A DNA stretch of 64,000 nucleotides from Candidatus Latescibacterota bacterium (GTDB lineage Bacteria > Latescibacterota > UBA2968 > GCA-2709665): positions 4,640,001-4,704,000 of the forward strand of contig OZ242180.1 of assembly GCA_965205485.1 (NCBI GenBank), written 5' to 3'. The position numbers and the translations under genes are program-made. Shown in pieces: positions 36,498-47,437 of this stretch; the first letter of the stretch is position 1, and every line of letters begins with the position of its first letter. A model generated the notes under the pieces. The model worked only from the letters and a program-made list of their open reading frames with translations, did no database searches and was not told the DNA's origin.

Positions 36498-36683
36498 ATG
36501 GCGAACCGCACGGGTGTCGAGCCTCGCCTCGACTATGAGGATCTTGTGGACGAGTTGGACCGGTTTGAGTTGCAGGCCAGAGACCTTCAGGTGCGTATCG
36601 CGAAGTTTATGAAGAATGCCAGGCAGACGCCGGCCGGCGAGACGGGTTCGGGTGTGGAACACCTGGGGATCGCAGCCGACTGA
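36498..36683 (+). CDS. Small hypothetical protein with coiled-coil-like core
   Basis: Own promoter TTGACC-17-TATATT (36384-36412), AAGGGAG RBS, downstream hairpin. Confidence 0.65.
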   Translation: MANRTGVEPRLDYEDLVDELDRFELQARDLQVRIAKFMKNARQTPAGETGSGVEHLGIAAD

Positions 36684-36711
36684 ACTCGCGTCTTTGCAAT
36701 GGCATCCGAAT

Positions 36712-36747
36712 ACGAACAAGGCGGGGTGTAAGCCCCGCCTTGTTCGT
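36712..36747. terminator. Terminator hairpin
   Basis: Perfect 15-bp stem ACGAACAAGGCGGGG / CCCCGCCTTGTTCGT. Confidence 0.75.
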
Positions 36748-36810
36748 TTAAGTACGACGATAGAGTACGTTTTCAATTGCCGCGCGGCACCGGGAATCCT
36801 ATAGCGGCTT

Positions 36811-37764
36811 CTAACGCGCATCGACCGGCCCGGCCATCTCCCGGTAGAGCATCTTCAGTGCAGCGACGTCGGCTTCGTCCAGCGAACCCAATGCGGATGC
36901 CGCCGCGTTCGCTTCGGCCTGCTCGGGCGTCTTGGCGCCCGGGATAACGCAAGAGACGTCCTGGTGGCTCAGCACGAATCGCAGCGCCGTCTGCGCAAGT
37001 GATGGGCTCCGGCCGCCCACCAGCGCCTCCACCCTGGCCACCTGGGCCAGGGCCTGCTGCAATCGGCCGTCCCTCCGCCAGTCTTCCCGGAAATCTCCAT
37101 CCGGAAACCGGGTATCCCTGCGATATTTCCCGCTCAGCAAGCCTCTTGCAAGCGGCGCCTTGATCACCGTGCCGACGCCTGCGTTTCTCGCCGCCTTAAA
37201 CAAACCGGGGTCCGGTCGCTGGTCCAGGATGCTGTAGTAGATCTGCAACACATCCACACAGCCGGATTCGATGCAGAGCCGCCCCTGTTCGGCCGTATCG
37301 ACCGATACACCTGCCAAACGGATCGTGCCGGCTTCTTTCATTCTCGTCAGGAATTCAAAGACACTGCCCCGCTGAATGGTCCCGGTATCCGGATCGTGGA
37401 TATAATAGAGATCGATATAGTCCGTTCGCAGGCTCCGCAGGCTGGCCTGCAACGCCCGGATGAGGTAGATTGTCGAAAAATCACAGTTGGGCGCACCGTC
37501 CACGTACCACCAACCGCCCTTGGTTGCGAGTACGACGTGCTCCCGCCTTCCTTCCAGCGCCCTGCCCAGAACCCGTTCGCTGCGTCCGTTTCCGTATGCG
37601 TCAGCCGTATCGAAAAGCGTCACGCCGACGTCGAGCGCCCGGTGTACGGCGAGAACGGACGTCTCATCGCTGACGGGCCCCCAGTCCAAACCTCGAAACG
37701 GCCCGGCGCCGAATCCGACCTCCGAAATCCGTGGTCCACCCTTGCAGAGCGCACGGCATTTCAT
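36811..37764 (-). CDS. Aldo/keto reductase
   Basis: FDTADAYG, LATK, TDYIDLYYIH, PLARGLL, IPGAK. Confidence 0.93.
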   Translation of the reverse strand: MKCRALCKGGPRISEVGFGAGPFRGLDWGPVSDETSVLAVHRALDVGVTLFDTADAYGNGRSERVLGRALEGRREHVVLATKGGWWYVDGAPNCDFSTIYLIRALQASLRSLRTDYIDLYYIHDPDTGTIQRGSVFEFLTRMKEAGTIRLAGVSVDTAEQGRLCIESGCVDVLQIYYSILDQRPDPGLFKAARNAGVGTVIKAPLARGLLSGKYRRDTRFPDGDFREDWRRDGRLQQALAQVARVEALVGGRSPSLAQTALRFVLSHQDVSCVIPGAKTPEQAEANAAASALGSLDEADVAALKMLYREMAGPVDAR

Positions 37765-38233
37765 GACAACCCCAGACAGGTCGATCCACCACCAAGTCAA
37801 AACGGCCCTCGAAGGCTCCCTCCCGGCGATTCCCTCGAAGGCCGAATTCAGTATCACTTGGATACCGCAGCAAAAATAGAACCTGCAAATCGGATTGTCA
37901 ACCAAAATCAGGTTCGGTGCATCAGTCGGTCCACCGGCGACCTGACGTTCGGAAAAAGTGGCCATGAGCCCCTATTCGCCGCCCGGAACCGCATCCATCC
38001 GGTCTCTCGCCGCGTCGTTTCACAGCTGAAGACCGGTGAATCGGAGTGGAATGTCTCAACAGCACAGGCTATCTTTATAAAAATTATTTATTGATTTCAT
38101 CAATTTTATAAATTTGCAATATATGGCGTGGTATACTAATATTTCGCTGGCGGTTCCCGCTCTGGCGCTGCCTTTCCCCGCGGGCTCCGGTGCGGGCGCC
38201 GCGGATGACTCGACCCTGACGAGGGAGTCCGCT

Positions 38234-38959
38234 TTGGATCTGCCCGCCGCGATGCTCATGGATCTGGACGATACAATCGTCTCCTATTCCACGTACGCGG
38301 GACCATGCTGGAAACGGGTCTGCTGCGATGCGGCTGGCGGAATTGAGGGGGTCGGTGCGGAGGATCTTTACAGGACGCTGACCGAAGCCCGAACGTGGTT
38401 CTGGGCCGATCCCGAACGGCACCGGGCGAACCGTCAGAACATGCCGCGTGCGTATCAGCGCGTTGTCCACCATGGCCTGTGCCGCCTTGGCATTGAGAAC
38501 CTGGAGCTGGCGGGAACGATCGCAAAATCGTACGAACGTGAACGCGACAAGACGATGAAGCCATTTCCAGGCGCCCTCGAAACGCTTCGCAAGCTTCGTG
38601 CCTGCGGAGTACGGATGGCCCTGGTAACCAACGGGGGCGCCGAACCGCAGCGGGACAAGATACACAGGTTCAATCTGGCGCCCTTTTTTGACGCCATCCT
38701 AATCGAAGGAGAATGCGGTTACGGCAAACCGGATATCCGGATCTATACGGATGCGCTCCGCCGCCTGGACGCCACACCCGGGGACGCGTGGATGGTGGGC
38801 GACAGCCTGGAGTGGGAGGTCGCGGTTCCGCAGAAACTGGGCATCTACTGCGTATGGAACGATGCAAAGGGGGAAGGTCTGCCGGAAGACAGCGGAATCC
38901 GTCCGGATCGAATCATCAGATCCCTGCCGGAGTTGTTGCCGTCCCCTATCGGTGCCTAA
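38234..38959 (+). CDS. HAD-superfamily hydrolase
   Basis: DLDDT, VTNG, KPD, VGDSLEWE; TTG start after GAGGGAG. Confidence 0.9.
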   Translation: MDLPAAMLMDLDDTIVSYSTYAGPCWKRVCCDAAGGIEGVGAEDLYRTLTEARTWFWADPERHRANRQNMPRAYQRVVHHGLCRLGIENLELAGTIAKSYERERDKTMKPFPGALETLRKLRACGVRMALVTNGGAEPQRDKIHRFNLAPFFDAILIEGECGYGKPDIRIYTDALRRLDATPGDAWMVGDSLEWEVAVPQKLGIYCVWNDAKGEGLPEDSGIRPDRIIRSLPELLPSPIGA

Positions 38960-39121
38960 GAAGCTGTATTAGAATCCCCAACGGTCTTTGCGCGGCTGCA
39001 AAAGCGCCGGTCGGCGTTGGTCAAATTCGCCGATATACACAAATATGGGCAAATTCACCCGCCTTGACGGTCACTTTTTCGCTCGCGCTCGGGAACTCAC
39101 CGGGAATTCTAACACAGCTTC
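38960..39121. mobile_element. MITE family B, 162-bp copy in inverted orientation
   Basis: GAAGCTG...CAGCTTC; abuts the TAA stop of the HAD gene. Confidence 0.85.
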
Positions 39122-39148
39122 CCAATTGACGGCGCCGGAAAGGAATTT

Positions 39149-42100
39149 ATGGGTCTTCTTCATCTCTACCGTACGCCGTTCCTCTCACGGACGCAAACGG
39201 ATACCCTGCTCAACCAGGTCAGGCAGACCGTCTTTCCCCGCGTTGCGCGGATTGAAACCGAAGCCTGCTTCAACGTCGAACTGAGCGGTACGTTAACCGC
39301 CGAGGAACGGAAGCGGCTCGCCTGGCTTCTGGGTGAGACCTTCGAGCCGGAAAGACTCGCCGCGACGCCGTTTCTGGGGGGGGAAGGTTCGCTGATCGAG
39401 GTTGGACCGCGCCTGAACTTCAGCACAGCCTGGTCCACGAATGCCGTATCGGTCTGCCAGGCCTGCGGCCTGACGGGAATTGCGCGCATCGAACGATCCA
39501 GGCGTTATCTGCTCCGGCCCGGCCTGACCCGGGACCGGAAGACCGCATTCCTGGATGCGGTCCACGACCGCATGACGGAGTGCGAATACCCCTCGCCCCT
39601 GTCGTCCTTCGAAACCGGCGCACATCCGGAGCCGGTTTCCGAGGTTCCGCTTATTCAGGAGGGCAGGGCCGCGCTGGAGCACATCAACAGGACCCTGGGC
39701 CTGGCCTTCGACGAATGGGACCTCGACTACTATACGGACCTCTTTCTGGACCACTTCCGGCGAAACCCCACGAATGTGGAATGTTTCGACATCGCCCAGT
39801 CCAACAGCGAGCACTCCCGGCACTGGTTTTTCCGCGGCCGGCTGAGGATCGACGGCGAAGAAATGCCGGACCATCTGATGGGCATGATTCAGCAACCCCT
39901 GCGGGCCAATCCGGGCAACAGCAGCATCGCGTTCCGGGACAACGCGAGCGGCATACGGGGCTATTCCACGAGGACCATCCTGCCCGCCAGGCCGGGAGAA
40001 CCCGGCCCGTTCGTTGATTCCGATCGGAATTACGACATCATCTTCACCGCGGAAACCCACAACTTTCCCACCGGCGTCGCGCCGTTCCCCGGCGCTGAAA
40101 CCGGTACCGGCGGGCGCATTCGCGACGTGCATGCCGCCGGCCGCGGCTCGCTGGTTGTCGCCGGTACCGCGGCCTACTGTGTGGGCAATCTCCGCATACC
40201 GGGCTATGAAATGCCGTGGGAGGACCGGGCGTTCGAATATGCCGGCAATTTCGCATCCCCGCTCCGGATCGAGATAGAAGCCAGCAACGGCGCATCGGAC
40301 TACGGGAACAAATTCGGCGAACCGCTCGTTCAGGGCTATACGCGCGCGTTCGGCCTGCGATTGCCGGACGGTCAGCGCCGTGAGTGGATCAAACCCATCA
40401 TGTTTACCGGGGGCATTGGCCAGATCGACGCCCGCCACATCACAAAGGGAAGCCCGGAGAAGAAGATGTGGGTGGTCAAGCTCGGAGGCCCCGCGTACCG
40501 CATCGGGATGGGCGGCGGGGCGGCTTCGTCGATGGTGCAGGGCGAGAACACGGCGGAGCTGGACTTCAACGCCGTACAGCGAGGCGATGCGGAAATGGAG
40601 CAGAAGGTAAACCGGGTAATCCGCGCCTGCGTTGAAATGGGAGAAGAGAACCCCATCGTCAGCATCCACGACCAGGGGGCCGGCGGAAACTGCAACGTGC
40701 TCAAGGAAATCGTCGCGCCGGAAGGCGCCCGCATCCACGTTCGCGACCTGCCCGTGGGCGACCGGTCACTTTCCGTGCTGGAAATATGGGGCGCCGAATA
40801 CCAGGAAAACGACGCCCTGCTGCTGCATCCCCGGCACGAGGCGGCGTTCAAGGCCCTGTGCGAGCGGGAAAAGATAGCGGCGGCATTCGTGGGACACGTA
40901 ACCGGAAGCGGAAGAATTGTCCTCTACGACGAAAACGACAACACCACCCCGGTGGACCTGGAACTGGACAAAGTGCTGGGAGACATGCCCCGCAAGAACT
41001 TCGAATTGTATCGTAAACGGCCCGAATTGACGCCGCTGGATCTGCCTGACGACATTACCGTGGAGTCCGCATTGAAGCGAGTGTTGCGACTCGTGTCGGT
41101 TGGCTCCAAGCGTTTCCTGACGAACAAGGTCGACCGGAGCGTCACCGGTCTGGTTGCCCGCCAGCAGTGCGCGGGTCCGCTTCAGCTCACGGTTTCGGAC
41201 GTGGCCGTGATCGCGCAGAGCCATTTCGGCATAACCGGCGCCGCCACGTCCATCGGGGAACAGCCCGTTATCGGCCTGCTGGACCCCGAAGCGATGGCAC
41301 GAATGTCCGTCGGCGAGGCGCTGACCAATCTGGTGTGGGCGAGGGTAAGCGCGTTTGAAGACGTCAAATGCTCAGGAAACTGGATGTGGGCGGCCAAACT
41401 GCCGGGCGAAGGCGCCGCGCTATACGATGCAGCCAGAGCCCTGGTGGATGTAATGCTCGAACTGGGAATCGCCATCGATGGAGGGAAAGACAGTCTCTCC
41501 ATGGCCGCGCTGGCGCCCGGACCCAACCGGAACGACGAGACCGTGACCGCGCCGGGCGCCCTGGTTGTCTCGGCCTATGTCACGTGCCCGGATGTCACGC
41601 AGGTTGTCACGCCGGACCTCAAACACCCTGATGAGGGCCGCCTGCTGTTTATCGACCTGTCGGGTGGAAGGAAGCGCCTCGGCGGCTCCGCCCTTGCCCA
41701 GGTGTACAGCCAGATCGGCGACACGCCGCCGGACGTGGACGACCCCGGACTGCTGAAACGCACGTTCAACGCCGTGCAGCAACTCATCGCCGAAAACAAC
41801 GTGGCCGCGGGCCACGACCGGAGCGACGGCGGCATCGTAACCTGTCTGCTTGAAATGGCTTTCGCCGGCAACTGCGGCATCAGCATCGATCTACCGACGG
41901 CTTCAGATCCTATTGCGTCGCTGTTCGCCGAGGAGATGGGCCTGGTCATCGAAGTACACGCGGGGAATGCGCCCCATGTCCTCCGGGCTCTCAATGCCGC
42001 GGACGTGCCCTGCATTCCCATTGGCAATACCACGTCGGACACGTCCGTAGGGATCGCCGTTAACGGCCGGACCGTTCTCAGCGACGACATGGCGAATCTG

Positions 42101-43060
42101 CGCGACCTGTGGGAGGAAACGAGCTACCGTCTCGAACGGCTCCAGGCAAACCCGCGGTGCGTGGAACAGGAACGTCACTCACTGAGGGAGCGAAAGACAC
42201 CCGCGTATACGCTGCCGTTCACGCCTTCGCCGACGGCGCCGGAGATTCTGGCGTCCCGGACGAAGTTTCCGGTTGCCATCGTCCGGGAGGAAGGCAGCAA
42301 CGGCGACCGCGAGATGGCCTCGGCATTCCACGCGGCGGGCATGGAACCCTGGGACGTGACCATGTCCGATCTTCAGGCCGACCGGGTCCGACTCGACGCC
42401 TTTCGAGGCATCGCCTTTGTGGGTGGGTTCAGCTATGCGGACGTCCTGGATTCGGCCAAGGGATGGGCGGGGGTCATCCGGTTCAATCCGGGGCTTCGGG
42501 ATCAGTTTCAGTCGTTCTTCGAACGTCCTGACACATTCAGTCTGGGCGTTTGCAACGGCTGCCAGCTGATGGCCCTGCTCGGGTGGGCGCCCTGGCCGGC
42601 AGACGAGACCAGGAATCAACCGCGTTTTATCCAGAATGCATCGGGACGCTTCGAATCACGTTTCGTTACGGTGCAGGTCCAGGAGAGTCCGGCCGTGATG
42701 CTCAGAAACATGGCTGGCGCTTCCCTGGGCATATGGGTTGCCCACGGTGAAGGTCGAATCCATTTTCCCGGCCCCCGCATTTTGGAAGGGGTCATTCAGA
42801 GCAACCTGGCGCCCATCCGTTACGTCGACGACGGGAATCATGTCAGCGAAGCGTATCCGTTCAACCCCAACGGCTCTCCCCACGGCATCGCCGCCCTGTG
42901 TTCTCCCGATGGGCGCCACCTGGCGATGATGCCGCACCCCGAGCGGACGTTCCTGAAATGGCAATGGGGCTGGATGCCGGAATCCTGGAAGCGTTCCCTG
43001 GACGCGTCGCCCTGGCTGCGGCTGTTCCAGAACGCCCGGGAATGGTGCGAGGAGAACTAG
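39149..43060 (+). CDS. purL: Phosphoribosylformylglycinamidine synthase, large single-chain type
   Basis: [48 protein letters not shown]. Confidence 0.97.
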   Translation: MGLLHLYRTPFLSRTQTDTLLNQVRQTVFPRVARIETEACFNVELSGTLTAEERKRLAWLLGETFEPERLAATPFLGGEGSLIEVGPRLNFSTAWSTNAVSVCQACGLTGIARIERSRRYLLRPGLTRDRKTAFLDAVHDRMTECEYPSPLSSFETGAHPEPVSEVPLIQEGRAALEHINRTLGLAFDEWDLDYYTDLFLDHFRRNPTNVECFDIAQSNSEHSRHWFFRGRLRIDGEEMPDHLMGMIQQPLRANPGNSSIAFRDNASGIRGYSTRTILPARPGEPGPFVDSDRNYDIIFTAETHNFPTGVAPFPGAETGTGGRIRDVHAAGRGSLVVAGTAAYCVGNLRIPGYEMPWEDRAFEYAGNFASPLRIEIEASNGASDYGNKFGEPLVQGYTRAFGLRLPDGQRREWIKPIMFTGGIGQIDARHITKGSPEKKMWVVKLGGPAYRIGMGGGAASSMVQGENTAELDFNAVQRGDAEMEQKVNRVIRACVEMGEENPIVSIHDQGAGGNCNVLKEIVAPEGARIHVRDLPVGDRSLSVLEIWGAEYQENDALLLHPRHEAAFKALCEREKIAAAFVGHVTGSGRIVLYDENDNTTPVDLELDKVLGDMPRKNFELYRKRPELTPLDLPDDITVESALKRVLRLVSVGSKRFLTNKVDRSVTGLVARQQCAGPLQLTVSDVAVIAQSHFGITGAATSIGEQPVIGLLDPEAMARMSVGEALTNLVWARVSAFEDVKCSGNWMWAAKLPGEGAALYDAARALVDVMLELGIAIDGGKDSLSMAALAPGPNRNDETVTAPGALVVSAYVTCPDVTQVVTPDLKHPDEGRLLFIDLSGGRKRLGGSALAQVYSQIGDTPPDVDDPGLLKRTFNAVQQLIAENNVAAGHDRSDGGIVTCLLEMAFAGNCGISIDLPTASDPIASLFAEEMGLVIEVHAGNAPHVLRALNAADVPCIPIGNTTSDTSVGIAVNGRTVLSDDMANLRDLWEETSYRLERLQANPRCVEQERHSLRERKTPAYTLPFTPSPTAPEILASRTKFPVAIVREEGSNGDREMASAFHAAGMEPWDVTMSDLQADRVRLDAFRGIAFVGGFSYADVLDSAKGWAGVIRFNPGLRDQFQSFFERPDTFSLGVCNGCQLMALLGWAPWPADETRNQPRFIQNASGRFESRFVTVQVQESPAVMLRNMAGASLGIWVAHGEGRIHFPGPRILEGVIQSNLAPIRYVDDGNHVSEAYPFNPNGSPHGIAALCSPDGRHLAMMPHPERTFLKWQWGWMPESWKRSLDASPWLRLFQNAREWCEEN

Positions 43061-43182
43061 GGAAACACCGGGGGACACCCGAGGCGAACGGGCATTTGCC
43101 TGCAGTCACCCGGTTCGGTATTGGGGACGCGGTATCGGCGCCCGGACACACCTCGGAAGCTGTTTTAAGATCGGGAGGCGCG

Positions 43183-44061
43183 ATGACTGCAACGGTTCTG
43201 GACGGCAGAAAGCTTTCCGGGCAAATCGAAAGAGAACTGAAGCAACGGGTGGCGCGCATCAGGGCAAGCACAGGCGGCCGGATCCCCGTTCTGGCCACGA
43301 TCCTGGTTGGAGACGATCCGGCGTCGGCCACCTACGTGCGCATGAAGCGAAACGCCTGCGTACGGATTGGCATGGATTCATTGAGGGTGCTGCTGCCCGA
43401 AGAAACCACCACGGACGAACTCCTCGCCGAGATCGACAGGCTCAATGCCGATCCTCGCGTACACGGAATCCTCCTGCAGCATCCGGTTCCCGCCCAGATC
43501 CACGAGCGGGCGTGCTTCGACCGGATCTCCACCAGGAAGGACGTGGATGGCGTTACGGCGCACGGCTTCGGACTGATGGCAATGGGCGCGCCCGCCTACG
43601 GGGCGGCGACACCGGCCGGCATCATGAAGCTCCTGAAGCATTACCGTGTTCCGCTGGAGGGCAGAACCGCCGCCGTCGTCGGCAGAAGCCCGATACTGGG
43701 CAAACCGATGGCCATGATGCTGTTGAATGCCAACGCCACCGTGACGATCTGTCATTCCAGAACCCGCGACCTGCCCGGTATTGTGCGCGCGGCCGACATT
43801 GTCGTTGGCGCCGTTGGAAGGCGGGAATTCATCAGGGCCGACTGGATCGCGGACAACGCCGTGGTCATCGACGCCGGTTACCATCCTGGCCCGGTCGGAG
43901 ACGTGGAACTCTCCGCGGTCGTTCACCGGTGTGCGGCTTACACCCCTGTGCCTGGCGGCGTGGGGCCAATGACGATCGTGACGCTGATTGCCCAGACCGT
44001 GGAATCCGCGGAGAGGGATGCCGCCGGATCCGGCCCCGTGCCCGCGAACGAACGCCGATGA
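43183..44061 (+). CDS. folD: Methylenetetrahydrofolate dehydrogenase/cyclohydrolase
   Basis: [33 protein letters not shown]. Confidence 0.96.
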   Translation: MTATVLDGRKLSGQIERELKQRVARIRASTGGRIPVLATILVGDDPASATYVRMKRNACVRIGMDSLRVLLPEETTTDELLAEIDRLNADPRVHGILLQHPVPAQIHERACFDRISTRKDVDGVTAHGFGLMAMGAPAYGAATPAGIMKLLKHYRVPLEGRTAAVVGRSPILGKPMAMMLLNANATVTICHSRTRDLPGIVRAADIVVGAVGRREFIRADWIADNAVVIDAGYHPGPVGDVELSAVVHRCAAYTPVPGGVGPMTIVTLIAQTVESAERDAAGSGPVPANERR

Positions 44062-44112
44062 CGCCCTGCCAGTCGTCGAGGGGCCGCGGGTATCCATCCC
44101 GGTGCGTGGGCG

Positions 44113-47100
44113 TCAACGGCCGGTACCCACCTGCTCGAGCATTCGAATGACCAGAAGCGTCATATCGTCCGGTTGAGACGCATCTCCTTTGAAAAGGTAG
44201 ACGTCCTCCAGGATCAGCGAGACCAGGTCCTCGGCGCTTGCCCGTATGTGGGCCTTGATCGTCTGTTCCAGCCGATCCGTCTCGTAGAACTCACCGGCCT
44301 CGTTCCTCATGTCGGTCACGCCATCGCTGTAGAACACCAGCAAATCTTCCGGCGCGACCTGGATAGCGGCTTTCGCATGTCCGACCGGACTTCCCGGTGG
44401 CAACACCATCCCCAGCGGAATGGACGGCAGGTGAATCGCGCGCAATTCACCGGCGCTGGCGGAAAAATGGTACGGGAAGGGGTGAGCGGCGTTGATCAGT
44501 TGTACGTGCCGCGTCTCCAGATCCAGCGTGCCGAGACAGCAGGTCACAAAGCTGGCCTCATCCATCTGCTCCCTCAAATCTTCGTCCAGCCGCATCGCGA
44601 CTTCATTCAGCGGCCTCCCGCCTCGAAATTCGTATCTGAAAATGCCGCTTAACTGCATCGCGTGAACCGCCGCCTCCATCGCCTTTCCCGATACGTCAGC
44701 CGCGCCGAAACCCAAAGTCCGGCGAGCATCGTCCAGCCAGAAATAGTTGAAATAGTCGCCGCCGACGTGATTCGCGGGCGCGCAGACCCCAGCGATTTCA
44801 AATGAATCACCTCGAATCGGCGTCGCAGGCAGCAGGCCCATCTGCATCCTGTGCGCCTTCTGAAGCTCGGATTCCAGTTCAAGGATCTGGCGGGCCTGAG
44901 ACTCCCGCCAGCGCCGATGCCGGTGCAGCGCGTATCCGGACGATACGCAAAGGGCCACGAACGAGAATACGCTGAGCGCCACGAACCACGGCCTGCGCCA
45001 TACGGGCGCCAAAACCACGAATTGATGTCGGGCCGGTGTCGGGTCGACATTGAATCCCTGGTCCATCGCACGGACCTCGAAGGTATGACGCCCCGGATCC
45101 AGCCGACTCAGGAGCGCGTGATCTTCACCGGTAAACGGTGTCCAGATTCCAGGCGTCATGACGCGAACGAACGGCGCCCAAACCTCCTCGTTCACCCTCC
45201 ATGCGTATTTCAGCTTGTGTGTTGGCGTCTGCTTCCACGCGTCCTGACCTGAAAACTTGAACAGCACGCTCTGGTGCGGTGCGACCTCGCCGGGCGGCAT
45301 GCTCAGAGTGGTCTCAGGCGCATCTGTGTCCCGTGAGTAGACTCCCAGTCCCTTTTCCGTTGCAAACCAGACCCTGCCTGCACTGTCCTGAGTAATATCC
45401 CATATCCGGCCGCCGGGGAGGCCGGTACGCACCGTGTAACGTGTCCACGTGTCGCCATTCGTATGGACCGCGCCTGCCCCGAGGGAGGCCAGCCAGAGCG
45501 CGCCATCATCATCCACGAAAAACCTGTGTGCGCCAGCGAAGATCGTCGGATTTCCCTTCGGTACAGCCTCCCAGGTATCCTGGTTGTATCGAAATACCCC
45601 TCTGAAGCGTGTCGCAGCCCACACCGACCCATAGGCTTCGGCCAGTGCGACGATCGGTTCCGAAGGCAAGCCATCGTCCGACGTGAATACGCGGTCTTCG
45701 TTGTCCGTCTTCAAGATCACAGCGCCGTTTGCGCCAAGCCAGAGCGAGCTGTCAGCGGCCTCGTAAATCGCATGCACCCCTCTGTCCACGCCGGAAGGGT
45801 CCCCCAACCGGCCCGCGCCGTCGAATCGATACAGACCGGACCGCGTACCGGCCCAAACGCCACCCGTACGGGCCGGAAAGATCGATAGAATGCGTGATCC
45901 GCGGCGAAAAATGGGCAGGGTAAGCTCTTTCCAGTGTTCGCCGTCGAAGCGAACGAGCCGGCGGTCGGATGCGACCCAGAGCATGCCGTCCTTTCCCGTT
46001 TTCAGATCCACGATGCGCTGGGGCCGACGGCGGACTTCGGATACCAGACGGTATGCCTGAACCCAGTGGCTCCGATCATATTCGTAAACCCACTCTCCCG
46101 TGGCAGACCACAGGCGACCGTCACGGGATCGCCCCAGGGCCACCCCTCCCCGGTCGTCCGCGCCGGCCCATCGTTCCTGGTATACCCAACCCGTAGCGCC
46201 GTACCGGCCGACGCCCCAAGCCGTCCCGACCCAGACGGCGCCATGACCGTCCACCCAGATGGATCTCACGAGATTGTTCGGAAGGCCATTCTCTTCCGTA
46301 AAGACCTGAATGTCCGGCCTGACCCGTCCATCCGACGATTCACCGGTGGAAGACCTGAATCGAATGGCGCCGCCCACCGTCCCCGCCCACACCGAACCGT
46401 CGGGCGCGGTTGCGATAGACAGCACCCGGTTCGCGGGCAATCCCTCCGCTGTCGTAAACGCCTGCCAGTTTACACCGTCGTAACGCAATATCCCGCTGTT
46501 TTCCGTTCCCATCCAGATTGCGCCGTCGGCCGCCTGAGCCATCGCCGTCACAGCGCCGCCGGGTGGTTCGACGGGTATCGAGACCGGAACCCATTCATTC
46601 TTCGCCGGATCGAAACGACTCACGCCCCCACCCGGCCCGCGTCTGGGCCTGCGCGAAAAAGGCGCGACCCGCCGCCCTGCGTACGCCGCCCATACCGCAC
46701 CGTCCCTCGACCGCAACAGGCATTGCACGTGATTCGACGCAAGTCCATCGTCTTCTTCGATGGTCTTCCATTCGTCACCGGCGTAATGTAGAATTCCCAT
46801 ACCGGCCGTGGCGAAACAGAGGCCGCCTCCCCCAACGGCGACAATCGAACCTACGCCGACACCCGCGAGATTTCCCGGCAACATAACCGGCTCCCAACGG
46901 TCTCCTTCCAGTCGCGCGACGTGGTATTCAGCCTGACGGCGGAATCCAACGCCTCCGCCCGTAGCCCACAGAGTGCCATTCTCAGCTTCGAACAGTCCAC
47001 TGAAACCGCTGCCGGGCAACCCATCCGATTCGCCATAGGTGCGCCAGGTCCGCCCGTCATACCGGGAAATACCCCCGCGCGTGGCGAACCAGAGTACGCC

Positions 47101-47244
47101 GTCTCGCGTCCCAACGACTGACGTAACGACGTTATGCGCAAGCCCGTCTTCGTGTCGAAACACCGTCCAATCCATCATCGGGCGTGCTGTCGCACGCAGC
47201 GGGACGACCAGAAGAAGGACCAGGCCGATATAGACTCTGAACAT
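44113..47244 (-). CDS. Membrane sensor: signal peptide, Reg_prop beta-propellers, Y_Y_Y/Ig-like domain, TM, SpoIIE/PP2C phosphatase
   Basis: GL..N.V repeats; PVWRRPWF plus TM; GGDYF, ADVSGK, YSDGV, DDMT. Confidence 0.9.
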   Translation of the reverse strand: MFRVYIGLVLLLVVPLRATARPMMDWTVFRHEDGLAHNVVTSVVGTRDGVLWFATRGGISRYDGRTWRTYGESDGLPGSGFSGLFEAENGTLWATGGGVGFRRQAEYHVARLEGDRWEPVMLPGNLAGVGVGSIVAVGGGGLCFATAGMGILHYAGDEWKTIEEDDGLASNHVQCLLRSRDGAVWAAYAGRRVAPFSRRPRRGPGGGVSRFDPAKNEWVPVSIPVEPPGGAVTAMAQAADGAIWMGTENSGILRYDGVNWQAFTTAEGLPANRVLSIATAPDGSVWAGTVGGAIRFRSSTGESSDGRVRPDIQVFTEENGLPNNLVRSIWVDGHGAVWVGTAWGVGRYGATGWVYQERWAGADDRGGVALGRSRDGRLWSATGEWVYEYDRSHWVQAYRLVSEVRRRPQRIVDLKTGKDGMLWVASDRRLVRFDGEHWKELTLPIFRRGSRILSIFPARTGGVWAGTRSGLYRFDGAGRLGDPSGVDRGVHAIYEAADSSLWLGANGAVILKTDNEDRVFTSDDGLPSEPIVALAEAYGSVWAATRFRGVFRYNQDTWEAVPKGNPTIFAGAHRFFVDDDGALWLASLGAGAVHTNGDTWTRYTVRTGLPGGRIWDITQDSAGRVWFATEKGLGVYSRDTDAPETTLSMPPGEVAPHQSVLFKFSGQDAWKQTPTHKLKYAWRVNEEVWAPFVRVMTPGIWTPFTGEDHALLSRLDPGRHTFEVRAMDQGFNVDPTPARHQFVVLAPVWRRPWFVALSVFSFVALCVSSGYALHRHRRWRESQARQILELESELQKAHRMQMGLLPATPIRGDSFEIAGVCAPANHVGGDYFNYFWLDDARRTLGFGAADVSGKAMEAAVHAMQLSGIFRYEFRGGRPLNEVAMRLDEDLREQMDEASFVTCCLGTLDLETRHVQLINAAHPFPYHFSASAGELRAIHLPSIPLGMVLPPGSPVGHAKAAIQVAPEDLLVFYSDGVTDMRNEAGEFYETDRLEQTIKAHIRASAEDLVSLILEDVYLFKGDASQPDDMTLLVIRMLEQVGTGR

Positions 47245-47437
47245 GCCTGCAAATGCTCCTGCTGTCGGATAGGATCTACCCCCGTACAAACGGTCCTGCG
47301 CCGCACGAACGAAACATGGGTGGAGCGCGGCGACCCACGGAGACCTCAATTCTGCGATTGCACCTTCTTTTGCCCCGAAAAAACCGAAGGCCGCCCGAAT
47401 ACAGGCGACCATCCTCCAACCACGTGCGTTGCAGTTC

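Noticed and set aside
38205..38240. Hammerhead core CTGACGAG
   Set aside because: No downstream GAAA or supporting stems; it overlaps the HAD gene RBS.
43061..43155. ZMP/ZTP riboswitch upstream of folD
   Set aside because: CACCGGGG and CGCCCGGACA are only faint resemblances; the GACUGGCG segment, the GUGG strand of P2 and a proper P3 are missing. An Infernal search with the Rfam pfl/ZMP-ZTP model would settle it.
38960..43171. Composite transposon carrying purL
   Set aside because: The lone family-B end at 43156 points away from purL toward folD, which is the wrong orientation.
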